Shown here: positions 35,957 through 46,050 of the stretch, one piece after another | How positions within the stretch are numbered: position 1 is the stretch's first letter | Layout: the number at the start of each line of letters is the position of its first letter | Origin: Vicinamibacteria bacterium | GTDB taxonomy: Bacteria > Acidobacteriota > Vicinamibacteria > Marinacidobacterales > Marinacidobacteraceae | NCBI GenBank assembly: GCA_965199715.1 | Contig: OZ241322.1 | Span: 1,280,001-1,344,000, forward strand | Direction: 5' to 3' | Length of the DNA: 64,000 nucleotides | Notes under the pieces: generated by a model | The model's input: only the letters and a program-made list of their open reading frames with translations | Told to the model about the DNA's origin: nothing | Database searches by the model: none | Made by a program: the position numbers and the translations under genes

Positions 35957-38662
35957 CTACGGCTCGGTGGTCGGCTCCGGACGGTGGCCGAGGCTCAGCA
36001 GGTTTGCGAGCAGCCGGTACGCCCCCGGAGTCCCCTCGGGAAGCTGGCGCCAGAGACCGAGGCCGAGGTAGATCCAGCGGCCGTCGCCGTGGTGGGCCTC
36101 CACGAGCACGCCGCGCTTCTCGCCGGCGTTGTAGCGGAACGGATCCTCCGACGCGAGCAGGTCGGTGAAGGCCGGGTCGCCGCCCGGGGCGAGGAAATAG
36201 AGGCCGCGCTCCTGGACCCATCCCTCCCAGTCGGCGGGGCCGATCGGATTCGGCCCGAGGAACGCCGGGTGGTTCGGGAGGAGGACGCGCATCGGCGCGT
36301 TCTCGTCGGTGACCCGGCCTCGCCCCACCTGAATCTCGTAGGGCGCCCACGGGCCGGCGTTGAACTCGAACTTGTTGTACTGGACGATCAGCGTCCCGCC
36401 GCCGGCCACGTAGTCCAGCAGGCGCTGGTTGTGGGTGCGCAGGTCGGGACGGGCGAGGTAGGCGCGGACGCCGAGCACGATCGTGTCGAACCGGGACAGG
36501 TCGCCCTCGGCCAGATCGTCCTCCTCAAGGAACGTCAGCGGAACGCCGAGCTGGCCGATGGCCTCGGCCACCTCGTCCCCGACCCCCTCGACCCAGCCGA
36601 CCGAGACCGGCGCCACGCGGACGTCCAGCACCTGGGCGAGCGCGGTCGCCGGGCGGAAGCGGTAGCGGGTCTGGATGTGGTGGTAGGCGATGGTCTCGAC
36701 GGTCTCGTCGAAGACGGTTCCGTCGCTGTCGTCGATGACCCGGGCGGCTAGCGGAACCCCGCCGTCCGGCGCGCCCTCGGGGACGGTGGCCTCGAACTCC
36801 ACGCTCACCTCGCCGGGACCGGAGAACCGGACCGGAGCCGAGGCCGGCTCGACCTCCCAGCCGGGAGGCGCGTCCAGCCGCACCGTGAAGGCGGCCTCGC
36901 CGGCCCCGCGATGCGTCACCCGAGCCGCCAGCGCCCGGGTGCGCTGGCCCCTCGGGAACACGACGATCCCGGGGGTCAACCGCACCGCCGCGCGCGGGAG
37001 CACCGAGACCTCCTTCTGCTTCTCCGTCCCGACGAACGGCCCCTCGTACCGGTGCTCCACCGGCAGGATCACGCTCGCCGGCACCTCGTCGGTGAGGAAG
37101 TCCACTCGGGCGCGCACCTGCGGCGGAGGCGCGGCGACCCCGAAGTGGTCCGGATGGTCCGGGACGAAACGGTCGCGCCCGGGGACAGGCGCGAACACCT
37201 GCCGGCTCAGCCGGGCGTCCGCCGCCGCGGTCACCCGGAACGTCGTCCGGACGGCGGCCCCGTCGGCGAGCTCGACCGGGAATTCGGCGACCGCGCGCGC
37301 CGTGGAGCGGAACCGGCGGCCCTCGGGAGCCTCGACCGGTTCGTTCCGCCAGCCCTCGGGAACCTCCAGTTGGATCCCGGCGAGGACGACCGGGTCCGCG
37401 CCGCCGCCCTGCACAAACACCTCGGCTCCGAACGACCCGCCCGGAACCACCTCGCCGGCGTCGGCGACCGGATGGACCACGATCCCGTGGGCGAAGGCGA
37501 GCGCCTCCTGGAGCTGGATCTCCTTGGGCCGCACCCGGTGCGCGATCTCGAACGCCGCGTCCGGATCGAGGTCGGCGGAGACCTGGAGCACCCGCCGCGC
37601 GCTCAGCAGCGCGGCGCGGAGCGCGGAGATGGACTCCTGCGGGGCCGCGGTGGAGAAGGCCCACTCGGCTCCGCCCACGTTGCGCTCGAGGTCGTTCAGC
37701 GCGAGTTCGGTCGCGTCCACCGCATCCGGGTCGCCGTACACGAAGGCGCGGAGCCGCTCGAGCCCCTCGGGCACCCCGGCGAGGAGGCTTCCCGACTCGC
37801 CGGCGAGGTTGCGCATCTCGACGAGCGCGGCCGGTCCCGGCGCGGGGGCGCCCCGGACCTGGCCCATCCCCTGGCAAAGATGGGCGGAACGGGCTTCCTG
37901 CCCCATCTCGGCGTAGGTGCGGCCGAGAAGCGGATCCCAGACCGCGGTCTCCACCCGGATCACGTCCTCGGCGCCGGGCCCGCCGGCGCCGGGCCCGCCG
38001 CCGCCGACCCCGCCGACGAAGAGCTTCAGCGGCTGCCAGGGCCTGAGGCCCAGATCCGCGTGCTCGGGGAACCGGTCCGGGTCGGCGGCGATATCGAAGG
38101 CCTCGATGGTGAGCCTCCCGGTGGCCTGGTGGTGCTGGCCGCCGCCCTCGCCCTCGGGGGGCAGGGTGAGGATCACGTCGGGGCGCAGCGTCCGGATCAT
38201 GCGCACGATCTCGCCGAGCGTTTCCTCCTTCCCCCACTTCTCGAGGGTCTCCTCGACGCTGAACGAATACCCGAAGTCGGAGACCATTCCGAAGTACTGC
38301 TCCACCGCGTCCAGCCGGTGCGAGGCGAGCAGCTCCTCGGTCCGCAGGATGCGCAGGCCGTCGAAGAGCTCGGGGCCGATCTCGTTCTGGCCGCCGCCGC
38401 CCCGGGTGAGCGAGATCAGCGACACGCGCGCCCCCATGCCCCGGGAAAGGCGGGCGTGGAGCGCGTTGTTCTCGTCGTCCGGGTGGGCGACGATGGTCAG
38501 GAACGAGACACCGCTCGCCGCCTTCCGCAGCTTCAGGCCGAGCCCGACGGACCCCCGATCCTCGGCCAGCGGACGCAACTGGGCCGCAGCCATCGGCGCG
38601 GCGAGGGTCAGAACGGCAGCCGCTAGGATTGCGCCGATTCGGCGCGTGGAGGCTTCTGTCAT
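35957..38662 (-). CDS. Exported PIG-L family deacetylase with NEW3-like Ig segments and a C-terminal GATase-like domain
   Basis: Signal peptide; AHPDDE, TRGGGGQNEIG, DFGYS, QHHQA and RSAHLCQG; C-terminal GWVQERGLYF and RQLPEGTPGAYRLLANL. Confidence 0.9.
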   Translation of the reverse strand: MTEASTRRIGAILAAAVLTLAAPMAAAQLRPLAEDRGSVGLGLKLRKAASGVSFLTIVAHPDDENNALHARLSRGMGARVSLISLTRGGGGQNEIGPELFDGLRILRTEELLASHRLDAVEQYFGMVSDFGYSFSVEETLEKWGKEETLGEIVRMIRTLRPDVILTLPPEGEGGGQHHQATGRLTIEAFDIAADPDRFPEHADLGLRPWQPLKLFVGGVGGGGPGAGGPGAEDVIRVETAVWDPLLGRTYAEMGQEARSAHLCQGMGQVRGAPAPGPAALVEMRNLAGESGSLLAGVPEGLERLRAFVYGDPDAVDATELALNDLERNVGGAEWAFSTAAPQESISALRAALLSARRVLQVSADLDPDAAFEIAHRVRPKEIQLQEALAFAHGIVVHPVADAGEVVPGGSFGAEVFVQGGGADPVVLAGIQLEVPEGWRNEPVEAPEGRRFRSTARAVAEFPVELADGAAVRTTFRVTAAADARLSRQVFAPVPGRDRFVPDHPDHFGVAAPPPQVRARVDFLTDEVPASVILPVEHRYEGPFVGTEKQKEVSVLPRAAVRLTPGIVVFPRGQRTRALAARVTHRGAGEAAFTVRLDAPPGWEVEPASAPVRFSGPGEVSVEFEATVPEGAPDGGVPLAARVIDDSDGTVFDETVETIAYHHIQTRYRFRPATALAQVLDVRVAPVSVGWVEGVGDEVAEAIGQLGVPLTFLEEDDLAEGDLSRFDTIVLGVRAYLARPDLRTHNQRLLDYVAGGGTLIVQYNKFEFNAGPWAPYEIQVGRGRVTDENAPMRVLLPNHPAFLGPNPIGPADWEGWVQERGLYFLAPGGDPAFTDLLASEDPFRYNAGEKRGVLVEAHHGDGRWIYLGLGLWRQLPEGTPGAYRLLANLLSLGHRPEPTTEP

Positions 38663-38718
38663 GGCGTTCCCCTGGTCGTGACCGGCGGGGCTCCCCGAGC
38701 GCGTCCGCGACCGGTCCC

Positions 38719-38844
38719 ATGTTAGCCGTCCCCCCGACCCCGCCGGAGGACGGCGCCTTCGTCCGCTGGTACGTCGCGGCGGTCGTCGTCGAGCTCGTCT
38801 TCTGCCTGCTGCTCCTCGCGTTCTCGGGCGCGTTCGGCCCCTGA
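38719..38844 (+). CDS. Small single-TM protein upstream of the symporter
   Basis: MLAVPPTPPEDGAFVRWYVAAVVVELVFCLLLLAFSGAFGP; its stop lies 3 nt before the symporter ATG. Confidence 0.6.
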   Translation: MLAVPPTPPEDGAFVRWYVAAVVVELVFCLLLLAFSGAFGP

Positions 38845-38847
38845 CCG

Positions 38848-40533
38848 ATGCAGCTCCTCGACTGGCTCGTCGTCGCCGGCTACTTCGGGCTGATCGTCCA
38901 TGTCGGCTACCGCACCGGGCGCGGCAACCAGGGGCTCGAGGACTACTTCCTCGCCCGGCGCTCCATGCCGTGGTACGCGGTCGGGCTGTCGGTGATGGCC
39001 ACGCAGGCGAGCGCCATCACCCTCGTGGGCACCACCGGGCAGGCCTACGTGGACGGGATGCGGTTCCTCCAGATCTATCTGGGGCTGCCGATCGCCATGG
39101 TGATCCTGTGCGTCACGCTGGTGCCGCTGTTCTACCGGGCGCGGGTGTTCACCGCCTACGAGTACCTCGAGAAACGCTGCGGACCGAGGGCGCGGACGCT
39201 CACCAGCCTGCTCTTCCTGTTCGGGCGGGCGCTTTCGGGCGCGGTCGTCATCTACGCGCCGTCGGTCGTGCTCTCGGTGGTGTTCTCGCTCGACGAGACG
39301 TGGACCATCCTCCTCATCGGCGGCTTCGCCACCGTGTACACCGCGCTCGGCGGGATGCGGGCGGTGATGTGGGTCGAGACGTGGCAGATGCTCATCATCC
39401 TGCTCGGCATCCTCTTCTGCCTCGGCTCGGTGGTCTTCGGCATGCCCGCCGAGGTGAGCCTCGGCGACGCGCTGCGCCTCGCTGGCGCGACCGGCAGGCT
39501 CGAGACGCTCTCCTTCGACCCGGATCCCCGCCTCACCTACACGGTCTGGACCGGCATCCTCGGCGGGCTGTTCCTGATGCTGTCGTACTTCGGCTGCGAC
39601 CAGAGCCAGGTGCAGCGCTACCTGACCGGGCGGTCGCTGGCCGAGAGCCGTCGCTCGCTGCTGCTGAACGCCTTCGCCAAGCTGCCGGTGCAGTTCGTGA
39701 TCCTGCTCACCGGCGCGCTGCTGTTCGTCTTCTACCAGTTCGAGCGCCCGCCCATCCTCTTCGACCCGGCGATGCTGGACCGCGCCCGGATCGAGCGCCC
39801 GGCGCAGATGGAGGACGCCGAGGCCCGCTACGAGAGCGCGTTCGGGGATCGGAGGGCGGCGGCGCTCGCGTTCGCCGGGAGCGGGGCCGACCCGGAGCGG
39901 GACCGGTTCCTGGAGGCGAGCGCCCGCTTCGACGGAGTCCGCGCCGAGGCGGTGCGCACGGTCAGCGAGATCCGGGGCGAGCCGTGGAGCGACACGAACC
40001 ACGTCTTTCCGACGTTCGTGTTCACCACGCTCCCGGTCGGCCTCGTCGGGCTGATCCTCGTCGCGGTGCTCGCCGCCGCCATGTCCACGGTGGAGTCCGA
40101 ACTCTCGGCGCTCTCCACGGCGACGATCGTGGACTTCTACCGGCGCTTCCGCAAGAAACCCGCGTCCGAGCGCCACTTCCTGCGCGCCGGGAGGGTCGGC
40201 ATCCTGTTCTGGGGATCCGTCGCCACCGGGGCCGCGCTGTACATGGGACGGCTGGGCTCGGCCGTCGAGGCGGTGAACCGGGTGGGATCGTTCTTCTACG
40301 GCCCGATCCTCGGCGCCTTCGTGCTCGCCGCCGCCTTCCCCGAGCGGGGGGCCCGACGGGCGTTCCCCGCGGTGCTCGCCGGGATCGCCGCCGTGTGGGC
40401 GGCGGACCTCGTCCCGCGGGCGCTCGGCGTGGAGGGGATCTCCTACCTGTACTACAACCTCGTCGGCGCGGGCGTGACGGTGGCGGTCGGGCTTGGCCTC
40501 GGCGCCCTCGCTCCCAGGAAGGCGCGCGCGTGA
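38848..40533 (+). CDS. Sodium:solute symporter (SSS/SLC5) family
   Basis: DYFLA, SVMATQASAIT, TAYEYLEKR, GCDQSQVQRYL and AAAMST motifs. Confidence 0.95.
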   Translation: MQLLDWLVVAGYFGLIVHVGYRTGRGNQGLEDYFLARRSMPWYAVGLSVMATQASAITLVGTTGQAYVDGMRFLQIYLGLPIAMVILCVTLVPLFYRARVFTAYEYLEKRCGPRARTLTSLLFLFGRALSGAVVIYAPSVVLSVVFSLDETWTILLIGGFATVYTALGGMRAVMWVETWQMLIILLGILFCLGSVVFGMPAEVSLGDALRLAGATGRLETLSFDPDPRLTYTVWTGILGGLFLMLSYFGCDQSQVQRYLTGRSLAESRRSLLLNAFAKLPVQFVILLTGALLFVFYQFERPPILFDPAMLDRARIERPAQMEDAEARYESAFGDRRAAALAFAGSGADPERDRFLEASARFDGVRAEAVRTVSEIRGEPWSDTNHVFPTFVFTTLPVGLVGLILVAVLAAAMSTVESELSALSTATIVDFYRRFRKKPASERHFLRAGRVGILFWGSVATGAALYMGRLGSAVEAVNRVGSFFYGPILGAFVLAAAFPERGARRAFPAVLAGIAAVWAADLVPRALGVEGISYLYYNLVGAGVTVAVGLGLGALAPRKARA

Positions 40534-42266
40534 ACGCCGTCCGGCGCCGGCTGGCCCGCGTCGCCCAGGCGATCGCCGCCAGCGAATTCACGCTCCGGCC
40601 CGGCTTCTCGACCGCGCTCCATCTCGCCGTCGGCGCGGCGGTCGGCGGGGTCATCGTCTGCTTCATCCTCGTGACCGAGGCGCTCGCGGAGTTCGTCGTC
40701 CACGGCGAGAGCCTCGGAGTCCTGCGATACGGGGCTCCGATCGCGGGAACGCTCGTCGCCGGTTTCCTCCTCCACCGCTGGTTCGCCGAGGCGCGCGGCA
40801 GCGGCATCCCGCAAACCAAGGCGGCGCTTCTCGCCGGCGGCGGCCGGATCCCCCTGCGGGTGGCGATCGGGAAGTTCCTGTGCGGCGGGCTGACCATGGG
40901 CAGCGGCGTGCCGCTCGGGCGCGAGGGGCCGTCGGCGCAGATGGGCGCCGGGATCGCGTCGGCGTTCGGATCGCTGCTCGCGCTCAGCGCCGAGCGGCGG
41001 CAGCAGCTCGTGCCGGTGGGCACGGCGGCCGCGATCGCCGCCGCCTTCAACACCCCGATCGCGGCGATCCTGTTCTCGCTCGAGGAGATCGTGGGCAACC
41101 TGCACGCCCGCGTGCTCGGATCGGTCGTGCTCGGCGCGGTGGCGAGCTGGCTGGTGCTGCGCCTCTCGCTCGGCGACGAGCCCCTGTTCTCGGTGCCGGC
41201 GTACGAGCTCGGGCATCCGGCGGAGCTGCTCATCTACGGGGTGCTCGGGTTCCTCGGCGGCCTCATGTCGGTGGCCTTCGTGCGGATGCTGCTGCGGCTG
41301 CGCCGGGAGTTCCGCGCGCTGCCGGCCAGGACCGTCTGGCTGCAGCCGGCCATCGGCGGACTCGCGGTGACGTCGGCGTGGCTGCTCCTGCCCGGCTTCT
41401 TCGAGGTTGGCTACGGCCCGGTCGGGCAGGCGCTCGCGGGCGAGCTTCCGACGACGACGATGGCGATCCTGCTGCTGGTCCACCTCGCGCTGGTGGTCGT
41501 CGCCTACGCCTCGGGAAACGCGGGCGGCATCTTCGGCCCCAGCATCTTCCTCGGAGCGATGCTCGGCGGATGCGTCGGCGGCCTCGCGAACCTGTGGTTC
41601 GACTTCGCGAGCGGGCCGGGGGCCTACGCGCTGGTCGGGATGGGCGCGGCGTTCGCCGGTATCCTGCGGGCGCCGATGGCGTCGGTGTTCATGATCTTCG
41701 AGATCACCCAGAGCTACGAGGTGATCGTCCCGCTGATGATCGGGAACCTCGTGTCCTTCTTCGTGTCGCGGCGGCTCCAGCCGGTGACCGTGTACGAGGC
41801 GCTCGCGGCGCAGGACGGGATCAAGCTGCCCGCGGGCGACGAGGCGCACGAGCATCCGGTGGTGCAGGCGGCGATGCACCCGCCCCGCGAGGTGCTCGTT
41901 CCCGAGCTGACGGTCGAGGACGCGATCGAGCGGGTGGCGATGTCGGGCCGGCAGGCGTGGCCGGTCGCGCGGGGGTCGCGGCTCTTCGGCCTCGTGACGC
42001 TCGCCGAGCTGGAGCGGTCGCACGAATGGGGGCAGGACCAGGAGCGCCTCGGCGACCTGCTGCGGGGCCGGCCGGCGCCGCACGTGTTCGCCGACCAGAG
42101 CATCGACCACGCCCTGGCGCACATGGGACGCCTCGGGATCGAGTCCATTCCGGTGGTGAGCCGGGTGGACGCGCAGCGGCTCGAGGGCGTGGTCACGGTG
42201 GCGGACCTGATGCGCGCCTTCGGGCTTCCGAGCCAGGAGACTCCGCCGAGGGGGACGCCCGGGTGA
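40530..42266 (+). CDS. CLC chloride channel / Cl-:H+ antiporter with CBS domains
   Basis: GSGIP, GREGP (gating Glu), AAFNTP, SLEEI and GGIFGP motifs, with a C-terminal CBS pair. Confidence 0.94.
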   Translation: MNAVRRRLARVAQAIAASEFTLRPGFSTALHLAVGAAVGGVIVCFILVTEALAEFVVHGESLGVLRYGAPIAGTLVAGFLLHRWFAEARGSGIPQTKAALLAGGGRIPLRVAIGKFLCGGLTMGSGVPLGREGPSAQMGAGIASAFGSLLALSAERRQQLVPVGTAAAIAAAFNTPIAAILFSLEEIVGNLHARVLGSVVLGAVASWLVLRLSLGDEPLFSVPAYELGHPAELLIYGVLGFLGGLMSVAFVRMLLRLRREFRALPARTVWLQPAIGGLAVTSAWLLLPGFFEVGYGPVGQALAGELPTTTMAILLLVHLALVVVAYASGNAGGIFGPSIFLGAMLGGCVGGLANLWFDFASGPGAYALVGMGAAFAGILRAPMASVFMIFEITQSYEVIVPLMIGNLVSFFVSRRLQPVTVYEALAAQDGIKLPAGDEAHEHPVVQAAMHPPREVLVPELTVEDAIERVAMSGRQAWPVARGSRLFGLVTLAELERSHEWGQDQERLGDLLRGRPAPHVFADQSIDHALAHMGRLGIESIPVVSRVDAQRLEGVVTVADLMRAFGLPSQETPPRGTPG

Positions 42267-42273
42267 TCGCCCG

Positions 42274-42720
42274 ATGATCGCGGTCGTCCAGCGGGTGCGC
42301 GAGGCCGCCGTCGCGGTTTCCGGCGAGACCGTGTCCCGGATCGGCCCCGGCGCGCTCGTGCTGCTCGGCGTCGCTTCGGGGGACGCGCCCGCCGACGCGG
42401 ACTGGCTCGCCCGGAAGATCGCCGGGCTGCGGATGTTCGAGGGCCCGTCGCAGCCGAGCCTGCTCGAGACCGGCGAGGAGGCGCTCGTCGTGTCCCAGTT
42501 CACCCTGCTCGGCGATTGCCGAAAGGGCCGGCGCCCGTCGTTCACGCGCGCCGCCCCCGGCCCCGAGGCCGACGTGCTCTACGAGGAGTTCTGCGAGCGG
42601 CTCGCCGCCGCCGGCGTTCCGGTCAGGCGGGGAGTCTTCGGAGCGAGGATGGACGTGTCGCTGCGCAACGACGGCCCCTTCACCCTGCTGGTCGAGAGCC
42701 CCGCGAAACCGGTGAAGTAA
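42274..42720 (+). CDS. dtd: D-aminoacyl-tRNA deacylase
   Basis: AVVQRV, VSQFTL, KGRRPSF and NDGPFT motifs. Confidence 0.96.
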   Translation: MIAVVQRVREAAVAVSGETVSRIGPGALVLLGVASGDAPADADWLARKIAGLRMFEGPSQPSLLETGEEALVVSQFTLLGDCRKGRRPSFTRAAPGPEADVLYEEFCERLAAAGVPVRRGVFGARMDVSLRNDGPFTLLVESPAKPVK

Positions 42721-42770
42721 CCTTCCGCGTTTCCGGCGGAGCGACCGCCCAAACGCTCGAGGTGCTCCTC

Positions 42771-43865
42771 ATGTCGAAGATTCGCATCCGGCCGCCGCGG
42801 GCCGGCGCCCTGCTCCTCCTGCCGCTCGCGGCGTACGGCTGCGGCGCCGCGTCCGGTTCAGCCGGCCAGCAGGAGTGGGACGCGGACACGCTGGTGCCCC
42901 CGACGATCACGTCCGACGTGATCGGGGAGCTCGACGGGACGCAGATCACGATCGAGGATCTCTCGGGACGCGACCGGTTCCGGCTGGCCCAGCTCAAGAG
43001 CGAGTACTTCACCGAGGCCCACAAGGTGCTCGAGGACGCGGCTTTGGAGATCGCCCGCGAGCGGCTCATCGACGCCGCCGCCGTGGAGCTCGGACTCACC
43101 GTCAACGAGTACTACCGCGACGAGATCGGCATGCCCGAGCTCGGCGAGGAGCAGATCCGCCACCTCTACGACGCGAACGCGGGGCAGATGGGGGGGCGCT
43201 CGTTCGAGGAGATGGCGCCGGAGATTCGCCGGCAGGTGACGAACCAGATGCTCGGGCAGGCGATCACGCAGCGGGGCGACGCACTGCTCGGCGAAGCCGA
43301 CTGGACGCTCTCGGTGCCCGCGTACCGGGTTCACGTCGAGACCGAGGGCCACGCCGCCGCCGGCCCCGAGGACGCCCCGGTGACCGTGGTCGTCTTCTCC
43401 GACTTCGAGTGCCCCTACTGCCGCCGCTTCAACGGCGCGCTCGACCGGGTCCGCGAGGAGTACGGCGAGCGGATCCGGCTGGTCTTCCGGCACTACCCGC
43501 TGCGCACGATCCATCCGCTGGCGCAAAAGGCCAGCGAGGCGGCGGCGTGCGCGCAGGACCAGGGCAGGTTCTGGGAGTACCACGACGCCCTTTGGCGGGA
43601 GATGGACCTCGGCGCGGAGACGCTCGAGCAGCACGCCCGGCTCGTCGGCCTCGACTCCGACGAGTTCACCGAGTGCCTCAACTCGGGGCGGAACTACGCG
43701 CGGGTGCAGGAGGATCTCGAAGCGGCGATGGACCTCGGCCAAGGCGGGACTCCGGCCGTCTTCGTGAATGGACGAAAGGTCGGCGGAGCGATCGGCTACG
43801 CCCAATTCCGCGCCGAGATCGAGCGCGAGCTTCCGGACGAGGAGACGGTCGATGCCGAGAACTGA
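42771..43865 (+). CDS. DsbA/thioredoxin-fold lipoprotein
   Basis: LAAYGC lipobox-like signal; GPEDAPVTVVVFSDFECPYC, QGRFWEYHD and GTPAVFVNG motifs. Confidence 0.9.
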   Translation: MSKIRIRPPRAGALLLLPLAAYGCGAASGSAGQQEWDADTLVPPTITSDVIGELDGTQITIEDLSGRDRFRLAQLKSEYFTEAHKVLEDAALEIARERLIDAAAVELGLTVNEYYRDEIGMPELGEEQIRHLYDANAGQMGGRSFEEMAPEIRRQVTNQMLGQAITQRGDALLGEADWTLSVPAYRVHVETEGHAAAGPEDAPVTVVVFSDFECPYCRRFNGALDRVREEYGERIRLVFRHYPLRTIHPLAQKASEAAACAQDQGRFWEYHDALWREMDLGAETLEQHARLVGLDSDEFTECLNSGRNYARVQEDLEAAMDLGQGGTPAVFVNGRKVGGAIGYAQFRAEIERELPDEETVDAEN

Positions 43866-44256
43866 CGAACTGAGCCCGGAAATCCGGGATTTCCTCGCGG
43901 CGCGCACCTTCGCCCATCTGGCGACCCGGATGCCGGACGGCAGCCCGCAGGTCTCGCCGGTCTGGGTGGAGACCGACGACGACCTGATCGTGGTCAACTC
44001 GGCGGTGGGCCGGATCAAGGACCGGAACATCCGCGCCGACGCCCGCGTGGCGCTCTCGGCGATCCATCCGGAGGACCCCTACAGGGCGCTCATGATCCGG
44101 GGCCGGGTGGTCCGGATCACCGAGGAAGGCGGCGAGGAGGGGATCGACCGGCTGGCGCGGAAGTACGTCGGGACCGACCGCTACGAGTGGCGGCGGCCGG
44201 GCGAGGTCCGGGTGGTGTATTTCATCCAGCCGGAATCCGTCGCGACGATGGGTTGA
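43852..44256 (+). CDS. PPOX-class (putative F420-dependent) split-barrel oxidoreductase
   Basis: FAHLATRMPDGSPQVSPVW, KDRNIRADARVALS and DRLARKY motifs. Confidence 0.88.
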   Translation: MPRTDELSPEIRDFLAARTFAHLATRMPDGSPQVSPVWVETDDDLIVVNSAVGRIKDRNIRADARVALSAIHPEDPYRALMIRGRVVRITEEGGEEGIDRLARKYVGTDRYEWRRPGEVRVVYFIQPESVATMG

Positions 44257-44310
44257 TTCCCCGCCCGCCCCAAGGTTGATTCCCCGCCCGCCCCAGGGTT
44301 GATTCCCCGC
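44251..44310. repeat. 23-bp tandem repeat, about 2.6 copies (GGTTGATTCCCCGCCCGCCCCAR)
   Basis: Units at 44251-44273, 44274-44296 and a partial unit at 44297-44310, between convergent genes. Confidence 0.9.
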
Positions 44311-44315
44311 TCGCG

Positions 44316-46034
44316 CTACGGCGTGATCTCCCGGCCCCCGATGAAGGTGCGCTCCACCCGGAGCTCCCGGATCCGGTCGGGATCGATGGCGAGGACATCG
44401 CCCGACAGCACGATGAAGTCGGCGAGCATCCCCCCGGCGATGGCCCCCTTCTCGTCCTCCTCGAAGGTGAAGAAGGCGGGAGCGCGGGTGTGGAGGCGAA
44501 GCGCCTCCTCGATGCTCACCGCCTCCTCGGGACCGCGCACCTCGCCGTCGAAGCCGCGCCGGGTGACCGCGGTCCACAGGGTGATGAACGGGCCGTAGGG
44601 CGCCGAGTCGGAGCCGTGGGAGACCACCACCCCGGCCTCCTGCAGCGAGCGGGTCGGGTTCTGGGTGGCTTCCCGCAGCTTCGTCAGCGCTTCCTCGGCG
44701 TACGCGCCGAGCCCGACGGTGAAGGCCGGCTGGCTCGCGACCATGATCCCGCGCTCGGCCATGAGCGCCATCGTGTCGTCGGGCGGCTTGACCGCGACGT
44801 GGTGCATGTAGTGCCGGTGGTCGTCGCGCGGGCTCTCGTCGAGGATCCGGGCCATCTGCTCGGCCACCATCTTCACCGCGCCGTCGCCCATCGCGTGGAT
44901 GCCGAGCTGCCAGCCGAGGTCGTGCGCCCGCTTGGCCACCGGGTGGAAGAGTTCCGCCGGGATGCGGATCGCGCCGAAGAAGTCGGGGCGGCCCGGATAC
45001 GGCTCGAGCGACCAGAACACCGGGGCCGAGAGCCCGCCGTCGATGCTCATCTTGATCGCCCCGATCCGGAAGCGCTCGTCTCCGTCGCCGGTGACGAAAT
45101 CGAGCGCCTCGAGCGCCTCGATCTCGCGCCGGACTCCCTCCTCGCCGTCGTCCCAGGTGTCGTGGCCCGGGCTCAGCCGCACCTGCATCGTCGCCCTCGG
45201 AAGCTCGGGGCCGTACCGGTCGTAGAGGTCGCGGACCGTCGGAATCCCCGGCGGCCGGATCCCGGCGATGTTCACGCTGGTGATCCCGAGCGCGGCAAGC
45301 TCGCCGAGCGAGGCCCGCATCGTCTGGATCCCGTCCTCGTAGTCCACCGGCGGAAGCCCCGGCATGACCCGGTCCACGATGCGCCGGGCCGACTCGAGGA
45401 CCCGCCCGGTCGGCTCGCCGTTCACGTTCCGGAAGATCCAGCCGCCGCCCGGATCGGGCGTGTCGCGGTCGATTCCGGCGAGCTCCAGCGCCAGCGAGTT
45501 GAGGAGGTAGGTGTGGGGTCCTCGCGTGAGGACCACCGGGTTTTCCGGGGCCGCCTCGTCCAGCAGCCAGCGATCGGGGATCCGGTCGTTCGGCCAGTCC
45601 ATCCGCGTGAGGCCGCCCCGGATCCACTCGCCCGCCGGCGTCCGCCCGGCCTCCGCCTCGAGCGCGGCCAGGAGTTCGCCGGCCTCGGTCGCCTGCGCGG
45701 ACCACTCGGGCAACCCCGGCACGAGGCCGTCGCGCCACGGCTGCAGCGTCCGGCCCGGTCCGAGATGGATGTGGTTGTCGTGGAAGCCGGGCAGGACCGT
45801 CGCCCCGGCGAGATCCACTTCGACCTCCGCTCCGCCGGGAAAGGAGGCCCGGACATCCGCGTCCGACCCCACGGCGGCGAACCGGCCGGCGACCACTGCG
45901 AACGACTCCGCGATGCGGAAGTCGTCGTCCACGGTCACGACGTGCCCGTTGCGGTAGATCGCGTCCGCGGACGGACCGCCCCCGCACGCGGAGCCGAGGC
46001 TCGCGAGCAGGGGCAGCTCGACGCGCAGGCGCAT
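44316..46034 (-). CDS. Amidohydrolase family 3 (YtcJ-like) lipoprotein
   Basis: LGSAC lipobox; PGFHDNHIH, IKMSIDG, IHAMGD, GSDSAP and GMLADFIVLS motifs. Confidence 0.9.
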   Translation of the reverse strand: MRLRVELPLLASLGSACGGGPSADAIYRNGHVVTVDDDFRIAESFAVVAGRFAAVGSDADVRASFPGGAEVEVDLAGATVLPGFHDNHIHLGPGRTLQPWRDGLVPGLPEWSAQATEAGELLAALEAEAGRTPAGEWIRGGLTRMDWPNDRIPDRWLLDEAAPENPVVLTRGPHTYLLNSLALELAGIDRDTPDPGGGWIFRNVNGEPTGRVLESARRIVDRVMPGLPPVDYEDGIQTMRASLGELAALGITSVNIAGIRPPGIPTVRDLYDRYGPELPRATMQVRLSPGHDTWDDGEEGVRREIEALEALDFVTGDGDERFRIGAIKMSIDGGLSAPVFWSLEPYPGRPDFFGAIRIPAELFHPVAKRAHDLGWQLGIHAMGDGAVKMVAEQMARILDESPRDDHRHYMHHVAVKPPDDTMALMAERGIMVASQPAFTVGLGAYAEEALTKLREATQNPTRSLQEAGVVVSHGSDSAPYGPFITLWTAVTRRGFDGEVRGPEEAVSIEEALRLHTRAPAFFTFEEDEKGAIAGGMLADFIVLSGDVLAIDPDRIRELRVERTFIGGREITP

Positions 46035-46050
46035 CGGCCGAGGGATCCGG

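Noticed and set aside
44251-44310. Possible CRISPR mini-array, since GGTTGATTCCCCGC resembles half of a type I-E repeat
   Set aside because: The units are directly tandem with no unique spacers, the repeat is not palindromic, and there are no cas genes in the window.
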